NCBI GenBank assembly: GCA_964016885.1
Contig: OZ024742.1
Coordinates: forward strand, 175,398,001 to 175,462,000
DNA from: Eledone cirrhosa
Taxonomy: Eukaryota
Reading direction: 5' to 3'
DNA length: 64,000 nt
The notes under the pieces are model-generated. The model was given only the letters and a program-made list of their open reading frames with translations. It did no database searches and was not told where the DNA came from. The position numbers were made by a program, and so were the translations under genes. This document shows, piece after piece, positions 12,531-26,014 of this stretch (its first letter is position 1; each line of letters starts with the position of its first letter).

Positions 12531-12890
12531 TCATCATCATCATTTTACGTCCGCTTTTGCCTTCTTGCAAGGGTGGGACGGGAACTGATTCTGGCTTGAG
12601 TTCTACAGCTGGATGCCCTTCCTAACACCAACCTCATTTACAGTGAGGGCTGGATGCTTTTTTCTGTGGTGCCTATACGTCCACTTTACAGTGTGGGCTG
12701 GGTGCCTTTTTGCCATGGCACCTCCACGACCACTTTGCAGTGGAATGATAGGGACGGCCAGTCCTATCATCTCATTTCTACAGCTGAGTAAACTGGAGCA
12801 ATGTGAAATAAAGTGTCTTGCTCAAGGAGACAACACATCACCCGGTCTGAGAATTGAACTCACAACCTTTCGATTGCAAGCCCAATGGTC
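12531..12890 (-). mobile_element. SINE S2 (tRNA head, CORE-like body, RTE-B tail)
   Basis: Reverse complement of the 40775-41103 family. Confidence 0.8.
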
Positions 12891-13423
12891 TATTATATAT
12901 ATATATATATATATATATATCATGATCATCAACATTTAACGTATATTTTTCCATGCTTGCATGGATCAGACAGGTTGTCTGTGTCATGAAACAAGTCTGG
13001 CCAGCTCGCCATGCCATACCTTGCTCAGATGGAAGTATTTTGGCTGGAATTTTTACATATATATTATATATATATATATATATATAATGATGAAATGATG
13101 ATACAGCATCTTAGTAGAGTATAGGCATATTCATTTTATCACATAGTTGAAGGCCACTTAACCAAGCTGACATACTATGGGAGTGAACCTGAAACAATCT
13201 GGTTGCAAATTGAAATCCTTAACAACACAGCTATGTGTCTATGTAGCAATAAAATGAGTAAACAATAATAATAATAACAATAATAATAATAATATTAATG
13301 AATTGCAATGTTTAAACATCAAGAAACTTACATTCTAAATCTAAACCAAAGCAACAAGTCAATCCAAAATGCTTTAAATTATATTCTTTTTAGTTTTCAA
13401 GCAAACATTTTTGTTTTATTTTA

Positions 13424-13454
<31 letters not shown>

Positions 13455-13511
13455 TACATAAACACACACACACACATATATATATACATAAACATACACA
13501 CACCCATATAT

Positions 13512-13584
<73 letters not shown>

Positions 13585-14589
13585 CAGATAATTAAGAATC
13601 ATATAGTTTTGTTTTATATAGAACTTTAATACTTTTTTTTTTTAAAACATTTCATGATGATGAATTCGGTTAAATCAAACTAAAAAAAAACAAAAAACAA
13701 TTGATAAAATAGAATTCTATTTTCAACAGAATTCTATTTAGGTTTTATTTTTAACATTTTCTTTTATAATCAATAGAAAGCTTTTTCAAAGACAGAATTA
13801 TCAACATTTAAATTGAATTTTTCTATTAAACAATAATTTTTGTTGTTCGGCATGACACTTGGAATTCATATTTCCAGGAAATAGAATGAAAGACAGAAAA
13901 GGATGTATTGATATATTTGGATAAATGCCTTCAAAATAAACTATTCTTATTTTTTTCCTTTTTTAACCAGTCGTTCTTTATACTTTTGATATAAGCAATA
14001 ATATTTCCCGCACTGATAAAATGTTTTGCCTGTTTCATTAAAGTATATATTGAGAGTGAAGAACCCCAAAGACATCACAGAACATTCTTACATAAAATTT
14101 AAAAACTTAACTATCATAAAAATAACTAAAAGTTATTGATTTAGATTTGTAGAATTGCTGGATTTACAAAAAAAAGAATTCATTAATTTGAACACAACAG
14201 AGATACATGGAAACAAATAATGATGATGTACGAAAAAATAATGATACTGTATGAAATGAAAACAAATAAAGATACTGTGTGAAACAAAGAGATACAGTTA
14301 CTGTGCTTCAACAACAAGCATTAGAAGGTCATTTTCTATTGTGTCATGCTCATCGTGGGATCCTTTTTGAAGCAATATTTTATGGCCAGATTGCCTTCCT
14401 GGCACCAAAGATTTTAGTCATCTCATTTTAGTCAACACATAGTTATATGAAATCAGATGTACACAGTTAGGTAAATTAACCAGACCCTGCTGAAACATGC
14501 AATTACTTTTATTACAGGTAATTTTTTTGTGTATAGTATTAAAATAATCCTTATTTTCTACCCTTCAGTTGTGTCAAAGACATGATAAC

Positions 14590-14990
14590 TTTAACTTCCC
14601 AAGTGTTGGGTTGGTTATCTAGACAATAAAAGCAACCAGTGCATTTGATTGAGTGGTTGGTGATAGGAAGGGCATCCAACCCTAGAAAACCTGCAACACA
14701 AAATGTCAGGAGGATCCTTTACTTGTGTTTCAGGCCTGGCAATCTTCCTAGTAGTTGATGCTAGGAAGAGTATCCAGCCCTAAAAGCCTGCCTAACAAAA
14801 GTTTGGGAGGACCCTTTACGTGTGTCAAAGACATGACAACCCCTTAGTGTTAGTGTCACAATATAATGCACAGTGTGAGATTATATGTATCAGAGAGGTA
14901 AGTAGACTTGCTTAAGTACTGACTGTTTGTGGTGACCCATCCAACTGGTGCTAGCAGTGAAAATGAATGTTAAATGAAGTGGATGATGAT
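14590..14990 (+). repeat. Old RTE-tail-related element with tandem copies of the ggaagggcatcc module
   Basis: Diverged repeats at ~14655-14740 and 14750-14840; ends gttaaatgaagtggatgatgat. Confidence 0.5.
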
Positions 14991-15909
14991 GATGGATGCC
15001 TGCTTTCAAGTGTATCACTCAGGTAAGTTAATACTAAAATAATTTAGAATATAATTAATATAAAGAGTGGTATGCTCCTGCACAGAGATACTATAAAATA
15101 GCTTATAACATAGAGTGAAGACCATTAAAGAAACATGAGCACACCACTCTTTATATTAACTTTATCTTCTGAGTGCTTCATAAAAGTCTAAACGATTGGC
15201 TACATATACAAGATGGTTCTTAGAATATAATATTTCTTTGTTAATCTTTTGTCTGAACTAAATTTTATCCATCTACTGGTTATACTAACTATAGTATGGT
15301 CTTTGATAATAATCACTTCTGTTGATATACATGATGGTCCATCATAAAAAAACACATCTTACTGTAATGTATGCAATAGCTTTTGATAAAAACTATCCAT
15401 GTGACATATTATGGTCCTTGATAATATCCATCTCTGGTGATAATAATGCAGTAACTCCAAATAAGTATTGATTCAGACTGTAAAAAAAGTGTGTCCAACC
15501 TATGAAAGCATGGAAAGTAGACAGAAAATGATAATGACACAAATAGACATGTCTACACCTCTAGAATGTAAAAAGCTGACAACTAAGACAGACTGTATTA
15601 AAACTTTTAATCTCTTCATTTTCTTCCAAAATATGAATATCAAATACATATATATCAGCTTAATAAAAAAAAACAGCTACAAAATAATAGTTTGTAATTA
15701 TACTTATAAATATCAAAACCAGCAGCAATGAATTTTCAAATAATAGCTTAGAGATAGGGGAAGCACATGTACTGCAAAGATAGTTGATATAAGTATAGAT
15801 TTAGAAATACTATAAATGTATTGACATGTTGGTATAGCTTAAGTTGTTCAGTAAGTTTATTGGTATAAATAGTATAGCTTAAGTTTCTCTTTAAGCAGAA
15901 TGTACAATG

Positions 15910-15946
<37 letters not shown>

Positions 15947-16193
15947 TTTCTTTATTAACCACAAGGGTTTACATAAAGTAGACATTAAGGACAGTGCAGG
16001 ACAATACAGGACGGTACAAATGGGCATTTCTGCATGTAAAAAACAAAAACAGAGGATGTAACAAAAAATAACAATGAAAAATTCCCCAATAGGGGGCGAC
16101 TTCGGAGGGACATTTGTGGAGAAAGCCCAGTAAAAGGCCACAATGACCCTGACCACCAAGGCAAGTGCCCTCTCCCAGTTTTCCACCTTTAAT

Positions 16194-19100
16194 TTACAGA
16201 TATATACTCAGAGTAGGCCCATTCACTCGGGCCATTCTTGCTTCTCTTACCCATCTTTCAACAAAATGCTGGGAAGAGAGCACTTCCCTCTCTACTCTGA
16301 TTTTCCTTTTCAAATGAAATTTGAAAAAGTCAATCAGAGCATCACTGAAGAGGTAAGTGCTCGTCTTCAGCCCTTTCAAACGTGTCCACCATACTATCTC
16401 TTTCGCCATGGCCACCAGACAGATAAAAACTGCCTGCCCTTCCCGGCTAAAGGAGGAGGGCGGGGCAATCCTCACGATGGACTCAGATGATAGCCGGATC
16501 CGTCCTAAACGCGACAGCAGGTGTTCGACATAAACACACAAGTCAGCAATTTTCGGACACAGGACGAGTGCGTGCAGGACGGTTTCGTCGCCCTGCGCGC
16601 ATCTCGGACATGCCCGGCTGACGGCACCTCCATGCCTGTAGAGTTTATCCCGAACTGGCAAGGCTCCTCGGTAGCACTGCCAGGCCAGAGATTTCTGGAA
16701 GTTGTCCATAGGCCCTGGCCCGAAAGTTCTTCCGAAGAGATTGGCTAGTTGATTTTCCTCGACACCTAGAGTTTCCCCAAGTACGTCGTCGCTCTTCCCC
16801 TCCACTAATCCTCTATAGAACGCCGAGGTGGAGTTTCCACCGCTCACATTGCCCGATTGGTCGAGGGCTCTGAGCGTCTGAAGACATTCCAGTCTCCAGG
16901 CTCTCCCTCTCGGTCTTCGCTTGACCCAGGACTGCAGCTCCGTCAAGGAAACGAGCTGGGGAAATACGTGTCTAGCAAACGGCGACCACACCTGATCACC
17001 GTCGAGGAAGAGGTAGAGATGTCGTAGCCTGAGCGCGTGCCTGTGCATCATCAGCCACGGCATGCCCAGCCCTCCACGTAGCGGGTGTTGACAACAGATG
17101 GACCGCCTGACCATCGGAGCGCGTCCCTTCCACAAAAAGCGAAAGAGCAAACGCTCCAGCGCAGTCAGGCGAGGCTTAGGACAAGGTACGAAGGTCAGGC
17201 GGTAGTAGATGACAGACGCGATGTACGCATTCGCACCTCTGCTCGACCTTTTAGGGATAGCTTCCTCTTCGCCCATTTCTGGGTGAGAGAAGCCACCCTG
17301 CTCGTCACCTCGTTCCAGTTTTTGTCCGTCTGGAGGTCCGGACCGAACCAGACCCCTAGCAATTTAACCGGTCCGTCCGTCCAGCGTCCGACGACGCTGT
17401 TGGACGGCATGGACCTGCCTCTCCAGGTGCCGAGCTGCAGGCCCACTGACTTTTCCTGGTTGATCATTGCTCCTGTCACCGCTTCGTATTCTCTTAGTGT
17501 AGTGCCGATCGCCTCGATGTGTTTGGCGTTCGACACCACTACGGTGACATCGTCCGCATATGCTGACACGGATCTTCCGCATCCTAGTTCGCGCGGGATG
17601 CCCCTCAACGTCTCCAGTTTGTGCAGTAATGGCTCGAGAGTTAATACGTACAAGAGGGGCGAGAGGGGACATCCTTGGCGGACCGAGCGCATGATGTTTT
17701 ACGGTTCCGACAGGTGACCGTTCACTCTCACCACAGAGCAGATGTCGCTGTGCATGGCAGCGATCCAGCCTCTGAAGACGGGCTCAAAGCCAACCGCCCT
17801 CAGGACTGCTGCTAGGTAACGATGGTCGACCCTATCGAAAGCTTTCGACTGATCTAAATTGATCAAGGACCCACCCGTGCCAGGTTCCCTAGCTACCCTC
17901 TCTACGATGTATCGCATGAGGTGGATGGATCTGTCGGGAATGGCGCATATCTGCGCCTCTCCCACCAGACCACCAACGACAAGCGCCAACCTCTTTGCTA
18001 GCACCTTGGCCAAAATCTTGAACTCTGTGTTTAGCAGAGTTATGGGCCGGAAATTATCTATGTTATCCCCCTTGTTCGGATCCTTTCTCAGCAGTGCCAC
18101 CACTCCTCGGCTCACAGAACTGGGAATTCTCCCGTTCTGTTGCCAGTTGCAGTAGACGTCCGCCAAGAGGCCTCCGATCAAGTCTGGCATCTGTACGTAA
18201 AGTTCATAGGGCAGACCATCCCAACCAGGCGATTTACCCCTTGTGCAGCCAGTCATTGCCTCCCTTACTTCAGCGGCTGTTATCGGCTTTTCGCAACAAT
18301 TCCGCCTCAGTGGCCGAGAGTTGCGGCAGTCCGTCGAGGTAGACACTAAAGTCCATCCCTCGACCCGGCCCACCGCTGCCCCCGAACAGCTGAGCGAAGT
18401 GTCGCTGAAAAGCTTCACACACTTGCCCGGGATCGAGTAGCATGTGCCCGTCGTGGTCCACCAAAGACCGGATCGTGGCTTTGTTGCCACGACGCGCCTC
18501 CGCCACTCGGGCCATTGAACGGCTGCGTCCCCTCGTGTCTGAGAGCAAGCACCCTAGCTCTGACAACGCAGCCTTCGTGCTTTGCATTGAATAATTGTTC
18601 AAGGGCCAATTTCGCCGCAAGCACGTCGGTCGCGATGCCTTTGCTAAGCGCCTCGTCTAATTTTCTAACTAGTTCTCCCTCTGCTCTATTTTTCTCTATT
18701 GCTAAAGCCTTACTAAACCTAATGGATTCTATTCTAATCGCTCTTTTCAAAGCAAACCACCACTTGTTGTTGACGATGGCCCCCGTCAACGCCCGCTTAA
18801 CTAGTTCGCTAATCCAGTCTCTGTAGGCCTTGCGCGCTGGTAAGGACGCGTTTAGCTTCCAGTAGCCGGGTCCTTGTCTATGAAGCCTATCTAAGTCAAG
18901 CACACAGATCACGAATTTGTGGTCCGTGTAGCTGACTATCTTGAATTGTGGACAGCCTATGCTAGACCTATCTATTTCCCTACAAAATACTCTATCTAGA
19001 TATGATCTGGATGACCCTATGCGATTTGTCGAAGTCCACATTGGCACATTCGGGAAATCCAATCGGTACCTGTCAGCCAGTTCAAAACGCCTGAGCAGGT

Positions 19101-19601
19101 TGGTGAGGCTCTTGCACCCTCCACCTCTACCCACTAATCCCACACAATCCCAGCGTGCATCTAAGATCCCGTTCCAGTCGCCCACTAACACTAAAGAGCG
19201 GGACGTTCCAAGAAAGGTCTCCAGACGCCGGAAGAAATCAGGCCGCCCTGCTCCTGTCGGGGCATAAACGGCCACTAGCCTAAAGCTTGCCCGTCTCCGC
19301 TGGTCACGTCCAGCACCACCAACTTACCCTCTGGGTCCAGGAAGATGGCCCGTATGGTGAGATCCAAACCTCTCCGAAAAAGCACAGCCCCTCCCCCCCC
19401 CCCCGATCCAGGACGGCTGGGAGATGCGTACACATCGTAGCCGCCGAAGATCGGTGCGAAGGCCCGTGCTTCGGAGATTCTGGTCTCGCTGATGGCCACT
19501 ACATCTATGTTTAGTGACCTGAGGTCGTTGAGCAGGTGACCCTGCTTCCATGACGACCGCAAGCCACGCGCATTTATGCTGCCTATTCTGAGTGAGGTCA
19601 T
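16194..19601 (-). pseudogene. Tx1 ORF2 (APE endonuclease-RT-CCHC), frameshifted
   Basis: Pieces 19275-19601, 18415-19275, 17699-18490, 17195-17692 and 16194-17276; SINARGL, VGDWN, YTDH, FRPITLLN, QGCPLSP, AYADD, CPRC..ETVLHALVLC. Confidence 0.92.
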
Positions 19602-19639
19602 ATTTAAAATAGAGTGGAAAAGATGGGAAAGACCACCAC

Positions 19640-21761
19640 TTACCGTACTTTTCGTAGAGGAAGGATGATTTCTCCATCCCTTTTCACTTTATCGTCTGGT
19701 GAAGGGACCGTTGAATCGTCCCTTCGGCTGGTCGTAGGCTCTTCTATGAGTATGTCCGAATATACTCTCCGGTTGAGAGTCCCTCCTAGGTCTCTGAAAT
19801 CACCAACTGCGTTGGAGAATTTCGTTTTAATGTTTGTGTATTGTTTCTGTGCTATCTTTAGCAGTCTTATGTTAGTTGGCGTTTTGATTGGTGCTGGTAT
19901 TATGTAGTCGTGTTGTGAAATGTCTGTGTGTTCAATTATGTAAGTCATTAGTTTCTTGTTGTGTGTATTTATTGCCGTGCATTTGTTTTTCTGGGGGTGG
20001 GGTGTGGTTCTGCTATTTTCTTGTCGTTGTTGCTGGGTGTGTGTGTTTTGTTGTTGTGTTTGAGATGTTGGTGCTTGTGGTGGTGGTGTTGAAGGTGATG
20101 TTGTTGTTGGAGGTGGCGTTGTCGCCGGTGGTGACGGTGGTGCTAGTGTGGGTGGTGATGGTGTTGGTGGTGTTGCTGCTGTGAGTCTCTTTGCAGTAGA
20201 CTTTACCCTTTTTTCATTTCTTTCCTCCCTTTTCGAAGGCGATGATGTGCTTCTTCTGCGTTTGTGCCTTCTTACGACCTTTTGCCATCCCTCTCCCACC
20301 TAACACTCCATGTCTGATTCTGTGAGGTCGGGGAGGGGTACCAGCTCCACTCTTTCACTTGTTGTTGTTGGTGATGTTTGCAGTGGAGTCTCTGTTGCAG
20401 CTGCATTTGGTATTGCTGTTGTTGTTGTTAATACTTCAACTGCTGCTGCTGTTCTTGATTTCCGTGGCGTGGGTATGGGTGCCACGGACCTATCGTTCCT
20501 GGTTGCCGCTTGTCCTGTTGCTGGTAGCCGTGGAGCCGGTTTCGGAAGGAGAGGGGTTTTCTCCTTTCTCAGGGTATTCTCGTTGCAGAAGGCCCTGAGG
20601 TGAGTTATCGATCCACAGCGAAAGCATTTCGGGCGTTTTCACTCAACACTTATGGGAAGTTGAGTGCCGTTAGTGTCGAAGTCTATCACATCCGGGATAG
20701 CTTCGATACACTCTTGGTTGGTTTGGATTAACATCTCAATGGAGGTGCCGACCCAATCTTCTCTTACTTTTTTCTGTACTTGCAGTACAGTTGTTTTGTC
20801 CTCGATTCCGACGAGGACAGACGCGGCCAGCCAAGAAGGGGCCACCCCGGGAGGGGGGATGTGGGTCAGTTTGACCCTCACAATTTTTTGCCCGCATTAG
20901 GAGGGCACCAACACCATTTCCTCGCTCCTTAGTGTCACTAAGGAATGAGCCTTTGCCTCCGGGGGTGTGCAAAAAGCACGTCTACTGTGGCCTATTTCTT
21001 GCCTCGGATGATGTGCTTTTTTCTGCTGCCACACAGACCCTAAGGATTTTTGTATTTGAGCCTCTGTGGCTCTTTCAACCCTACGTGATTTTGTGCTTCC
21101 TGTACGGTACGTGACCGTACAGTGCTGTTGGGTTTCGAAAAAATTTCGGCTGCCTTGCAGATTGCTCGGTGTCCAGTTTTTGTCACCATCTTCTTCGCTT
21201 CCTCTAATTCCTCATTTGTTATGAGGATGGTTTCCATGTTCTTTGCGATACCTGCAAACGAGATTGGTTTTTCTTTGCTGCTGTTGTTGTTGTTGTTGTC
21301 GCCAGAGCTGCTGTTACTTTTGTTGTTGCTGCAGGTACTACGACTACTGCCGCCGCCGCTGTTGCAGTGGTTGTTGTTGATGTTGCTGTTGCTGCTGTTG
21401 TTGCTGTTGCTGCTAATGCTGCTGTTGTTTATGCTGCTGCTGATGCTGTTGTGGCTGCTACTGTTGCTGCTACTGCTGTTATTACGGCTGCTACTGCTAT
21501 TATTCATGACGTCAGACGAATGAAATGGGTTTTCGTATTTCCTGCACACCTTTTTCGTCGTTGTCGTCGTCGTGGAGAAATGTTGCACGCTTTCTACGTG
21601 ATTTTTCTTTACTAGCGTCGCTTGCGAAAGAGAAGGGAGGGAGAGAGACACATTTAGAGAAGGGGGGAGAGAAACAATCTTCTCTCTGCTGTAGTGACGA
21701 TTGAGGAAGAAGAAGACGGAATGAGTGGGAGTGACCTATTAAAATTCTTTTTCGTAGCCAT
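19640..21761 (-). pseudogene. Tx1 ORF1 (Ser/Asn-rich N-terminus, CCHC knuckle), disrupted
   Basis: MATKK start at 21761; collinear with ORF1 of copy 2. Confidence 0.8.
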
Positions 21762-22005
21762 GTTTTTTTTTTTGTTTAAAATAAATATTGGGCAAAAAAC
21801 CCCAATAAGCAGTTATTTAACCCCGAAGGGCCAAATAACGGGCAGAAAGACCCCTCTCACGAGGAGGAGGGTGTTTTTGTCTACAATTTGGTTAAAGTTT
21901 TAAACAATTTACAATTGTTATAGCGGTCAAAATTTACAATACCTTACAGAGCCGAGCCTCCGTCAACCATAGCATTCAATAATAATAATAATACTAATAA
22001 TAATT

Positions 22006-25000
22006 ATAGGAAAAAATTATAGTCGAAAAATTATAGAACAGAACACAGACAGAGGCAGATGCAACAACGGACATGGGTTTCAAAAGTTTTGAACACAACA
22101 ACCCCTACTTCCCTTAGCAGCAGCAGCAACAACAACACTAGTAACCGATGTTACTGGCCTTGTAAAACGAAACATGCAAAGGAGAAAAACAAACAAAAAA
22201 GGGAGAGAAAAAAGGAAAGAAAAGCTAAGTCAGACATTCAAACATTACAATGAAACTTGTGTTTGTTTTTGTCGTTCTTGTTTTTTTTTTAGGTTTTTAT
22301 CTATTTGTTTGTTTGTTTATTTATGTTCGTCTACAGCGTGATGGTGCCACGCTAAAATCACCGGGGGTGATGAAATCACCAGTAGTTATGTAACCATACA
22401 TTCACCAATCCTCGATATGAGTGCTTAAATGTCGAACCTAAACAGTTCGAATAACGGTGAAGAGGAGATTGGAATGTCATGTGACAGACTCTCGCCCAGC
22501 AGGTGCTCCCTCACAAAGCAGCAGGGACCTGGCTGTCATCCAAATACTGCTGGTGTTGGAGGAAGAGGAAGAAGGAGAGGGACCACAACCAACTGGACGA
22601 AAGAATTGAATAGAGCTGTTATGCAATGTTACCTGAAGAGTAACCCCAAGGAAAAAGGCTATAGGAAACGGATGCATAACATCTGGAACAAGATTGGTAT
22701 ATTTAAATTTGATGAACAAAAATTGGCCGGGCAGGCTCGGGTAATAAGAACTAATGGGTGGATAAGCGAGCTGGAACTGGAGGAACTGAGCAGAGAGATT
22801 AGGTTGGAAATGGAGAGTGGAGTATGCCAGGCAAACGAGCCAGTGGGAAATGAAGGTGAAGAGGTTGAGAGAACGGAGGAACCATCCGAAGCAGAGAATG
22901 ACCTGAATGCTGAAATAAATAATACCTGGAACAAAGATACGGCCATTGAGGAAATGAATGCTGACGGGCTAGGACAAAATTTGGTTGATATCCTAAACTT
23001 AGTAGTAGATGAAATGAACAATGATAGTGGGAAACCTATGAACCTAAGATTTGTAGACAGGAAAAAGTTAAAAGAAACAACAGCTAAGGTAAAGAAAGTC
23101 ATCCCATACCTTGAGGCAAGGAGCCTTCACCAGTGCAACAATATCCTCAAAGCAACAGCAAATGCGGTGAGGAAATTACTTGGCATAAAAGTGAGAGGAA
23201 ACAACAAACAAGAAAGATCAGAACCTTGGTGGAAGAAACAACTGAATGGTCAAATCAGGGAAATGAGAAATGACATTGGAAAGCTTGAGTCCCTACTGAA
23301 TGGGATATTAAAAAACATAGATACTAAAAATAGACTGGAAATAAAGTACAAAACTAGGTGGAAAAAGCTAAATATTATCATAGAGGAACTGAAGCAAAGC
23401 CTTACAGCAAAGAGTGCAAAAATTAGGCTATACGAGAGCAGAGTCAGTCAGTATAGACAGAACCGCCTGTTTGACAACAACCAGAAGATGTTGTTTGGAC
23501 AGTTTGAAGGGAAAGAAAGAGGCAATGACTTGATCCCTGAGGCGGAACAAACTAAGACATTCTGGAGAGGAATATGGGAGCAGGATGTTAAACATAATGA
23601 CCAGGCAGTGTGGATTGAGACACTACAAAAGGAGATTAGTGAACAGGCACACCAACAAACTGATTTGAGTATCACAGGCCAAAAAACTAACCAAGTGGAA
23701 ATCACCAGGCCCAGATGGTGTGCAGGGGTATTGGATTAAAAATATAACATCCCTCCACTCGAAACTGACAACCATGTTCAATGATTGCTTGATGTCAGGT
23801 GAGGTACCAGAGTCGTTGACAAAATGTACCACAGTTCTGGTAATGAAAGATCGAATCAAGTGTAATAATATTACCAACTATAGACCTATAACATGTCTGT
23901 CCGTAATGTGGAAACTGTTAACAAGCATTGTGACTGAGGAAATCTACCATCACCTCTACACAAACAACTTGTTACCAGACGAACAGAAAGGATGCCGAAA
24001 GAAGTCTCGTGGTACAAAGGACCAGTTACTTATTGATAAGATGGTAATGAGGAATTACAAGAGGTGACAAATTGGTCTTTCCATGGGATGGATAGACTAC
24101 AAAAAGGCATTTGACATGGTGCCTCATTCTTGGATCACCAAAAGCCTAAAGATCTTCAAGGTGGCAGATAACATCACACAGTTGTTGAGCAAAAGTATGA
24201 AGTCCTGGAAAACAGAGTTAACATTGGCTGGAGAATCCTTGGGAGGCATGAAGATCAAGAGATGTATCTTCCAGGGAGATAGTCTGTCCTCTCTGTTGTT
24301 TGTCCTTGCCCTGATGCCCCTGACCATTATACTGCGAAAAGTGAGAGTAGGATAGAAGTTGGGAAAGGGAGAGCTTACCATCAATCACCTCCTCTTCATG
24401 GACGATCTTAAGCTCTTCGGGAAGAGTGAGAAGTTGTTGGATGTGCTTGTTGACACTGTCCGTATTTTCAGCAATGATATATGTATGCAATTTGGTATTA
24501 GTAAGTGTGGAGTTCTTGTGATGAAGTGGGGGTAAATTGAGCAGAAGCAACGAAATCCAGGTACCAAGAGGTGAGATGATAAATGAAATTGACACTGAAG
24601 AAGGATACAAATATTTAGCTGTTCTGGAGGCTGATGACATCAAGAACAAAAAAATGAAGGAATTGATAAGATCTGAATACATTCGGAGAGTAAGGAGCGT
24701 ATTAAAATCACATCTGAACAGTAGGAATGCCATAGTGCAGTAAATTCCCCAGCTGGTACAGTGCGGGAATTCTGAGATGGAATGTTGCTGAACAAAAAGA
24801 AATGGATAGGAAGACTAGGAAGCTATTGACTATCTACTACATGTTCCACAAGAGGAGTGATGTCGATAGACTCTGCTTAAGGAGATCTGAAGGTGGAAGA
24901 GGTCTTATCAGCATAGAGGACTGTGTTTAGATGGAGAAAAACAACCTACACAAATACGTGACTGATAGTAGGGAGCCAATGATCAGAATTGTACTGAAGG

Positions 25001-25710
25001 AGAGGACAATAGACCAGGGGTTGTCCAAGGAGGAAATAACAACAAGGAATAAGAGCAACCTTCATGAAAAATCCCTTCATAGTACCTTCTTTGAGAAAAC
25101 TGAATTCAGAGATCCACAGACATGGAACTGGTTGAAAAGAGGAGACCTTAAAAAGGCTACAGAAGGAATGCTAATGGCTGCGCAAAAACAGGCCCACAAA
25201 ACGAAGTGGCTGAAACACCATATTTACAAGGAGGAGGCTAGCCCACTGTGTAGGATCTGTGGAGAGATAGGGGAGACTGTGGCTCACATTGTATGCGAGT
25301 GTAAACACCTAGCCCAGACACACTATTAAGGCTGGAGACATGATGTGATGGGCAGGGTGATCCACTGGCACCTATGCAAAGTAAACAATTTACAACATTC
25401 TCAGAAGTGTTATGAGCATAAGCCAGAGTCGGTGATAGAAAACGATCAAGTGAAGGTGCTGTGGGATTTTAGGATCCAGACGGACAAGAAACTGGAACAC
25501 AATAGACCTGACGTGGTGGTTTTGGACAAGGAAAAAGATTGTGCCTGATTGTGCATCCCCGCTTTTTGGAACACTTCAAAAGGCATGCTTGCTGGGAACA
25601 GCAAGAACTCTCCAATACGTCCTGAATATCTGAGGCTGCAGGTAGTGGCTTGATATTCATTTCAACAAACTTTCCAGTTAAATAACATCAATGACTGAGA
25701 CTCAAAGAAC

Positions 25711-25751
<41 letters not shown>

Positions 25752-25758
25752 TAATAAT
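22006..25758 (+). mobile_element. R4/Dong-clade LINE (RT plus restriction-like endonuclease), probably full length, decayed, (AAT)n tail
   Basis: WTKELN..VMQCY..S.P..GYRKRM N-terminus; YRPITCL, DYKKAFDMVPH, IFQGDSLS, LFMDDL; CRIC..ETVAHIVCEC, RHD, RPD; C-terminal LQKACLLGTARTLQYVLNI*. (AAT)n on both flanks; the 5' boundary is inferred. Confidence 0.9.
22429..25633 (+). pseudogene. Dong-like ORF (RT-CCHC-RLE) with stops, frameshifts and a deletion in the RLE
   Basis: ORF pieces 22429-23739, 23720-24067, 24083-24355, 24931-25329 and 25345-25548. Confidence 0.88.
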
Positions 25759-26014
25759 GATTTCTTCATTAACCACAAGGGTTTACATAAAGTAGACATT
25801 AAGGACAGTGCAGGACAATACAGGACGGTACAAATGGGCATTTCTGCGTGTAAAAAACAAAAACAGAGGATGTAACAAAAAATAACAATGAAAAATTCCC
25901 CAATAGGGGGGGGGGGGGGACTTCGGAGGGATATTTGTGGAGAAAGCCCAGTAAAAAGCCACAATGACCCTGACCACCAAGGCAAGTGCCCTCTCCCAGT
26001 TTTCCACCTTTAAT

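Larger units (their letters stand above)
15945..21977 (-). mobile_element. Full-length L1/Tx1-clade LINE, copy 1, in (TAA)n
   Basis: 5' end gaatgctatggttgacgg identical to copy 2; ORF1 with CCHC knuckle; ORF2 with APE, RT (AYADD) and CCHC; AATAAA then (ATT)n tail; multiple frameshifts. Confidence 0.95.

Noticed and set aside
14503-14525. AG|GT recursive-splice-like site (ttttattacag|gtaatt)
   Set aside because: Expected by chance in AT-rich DNA; the host gene and strand are unknown.
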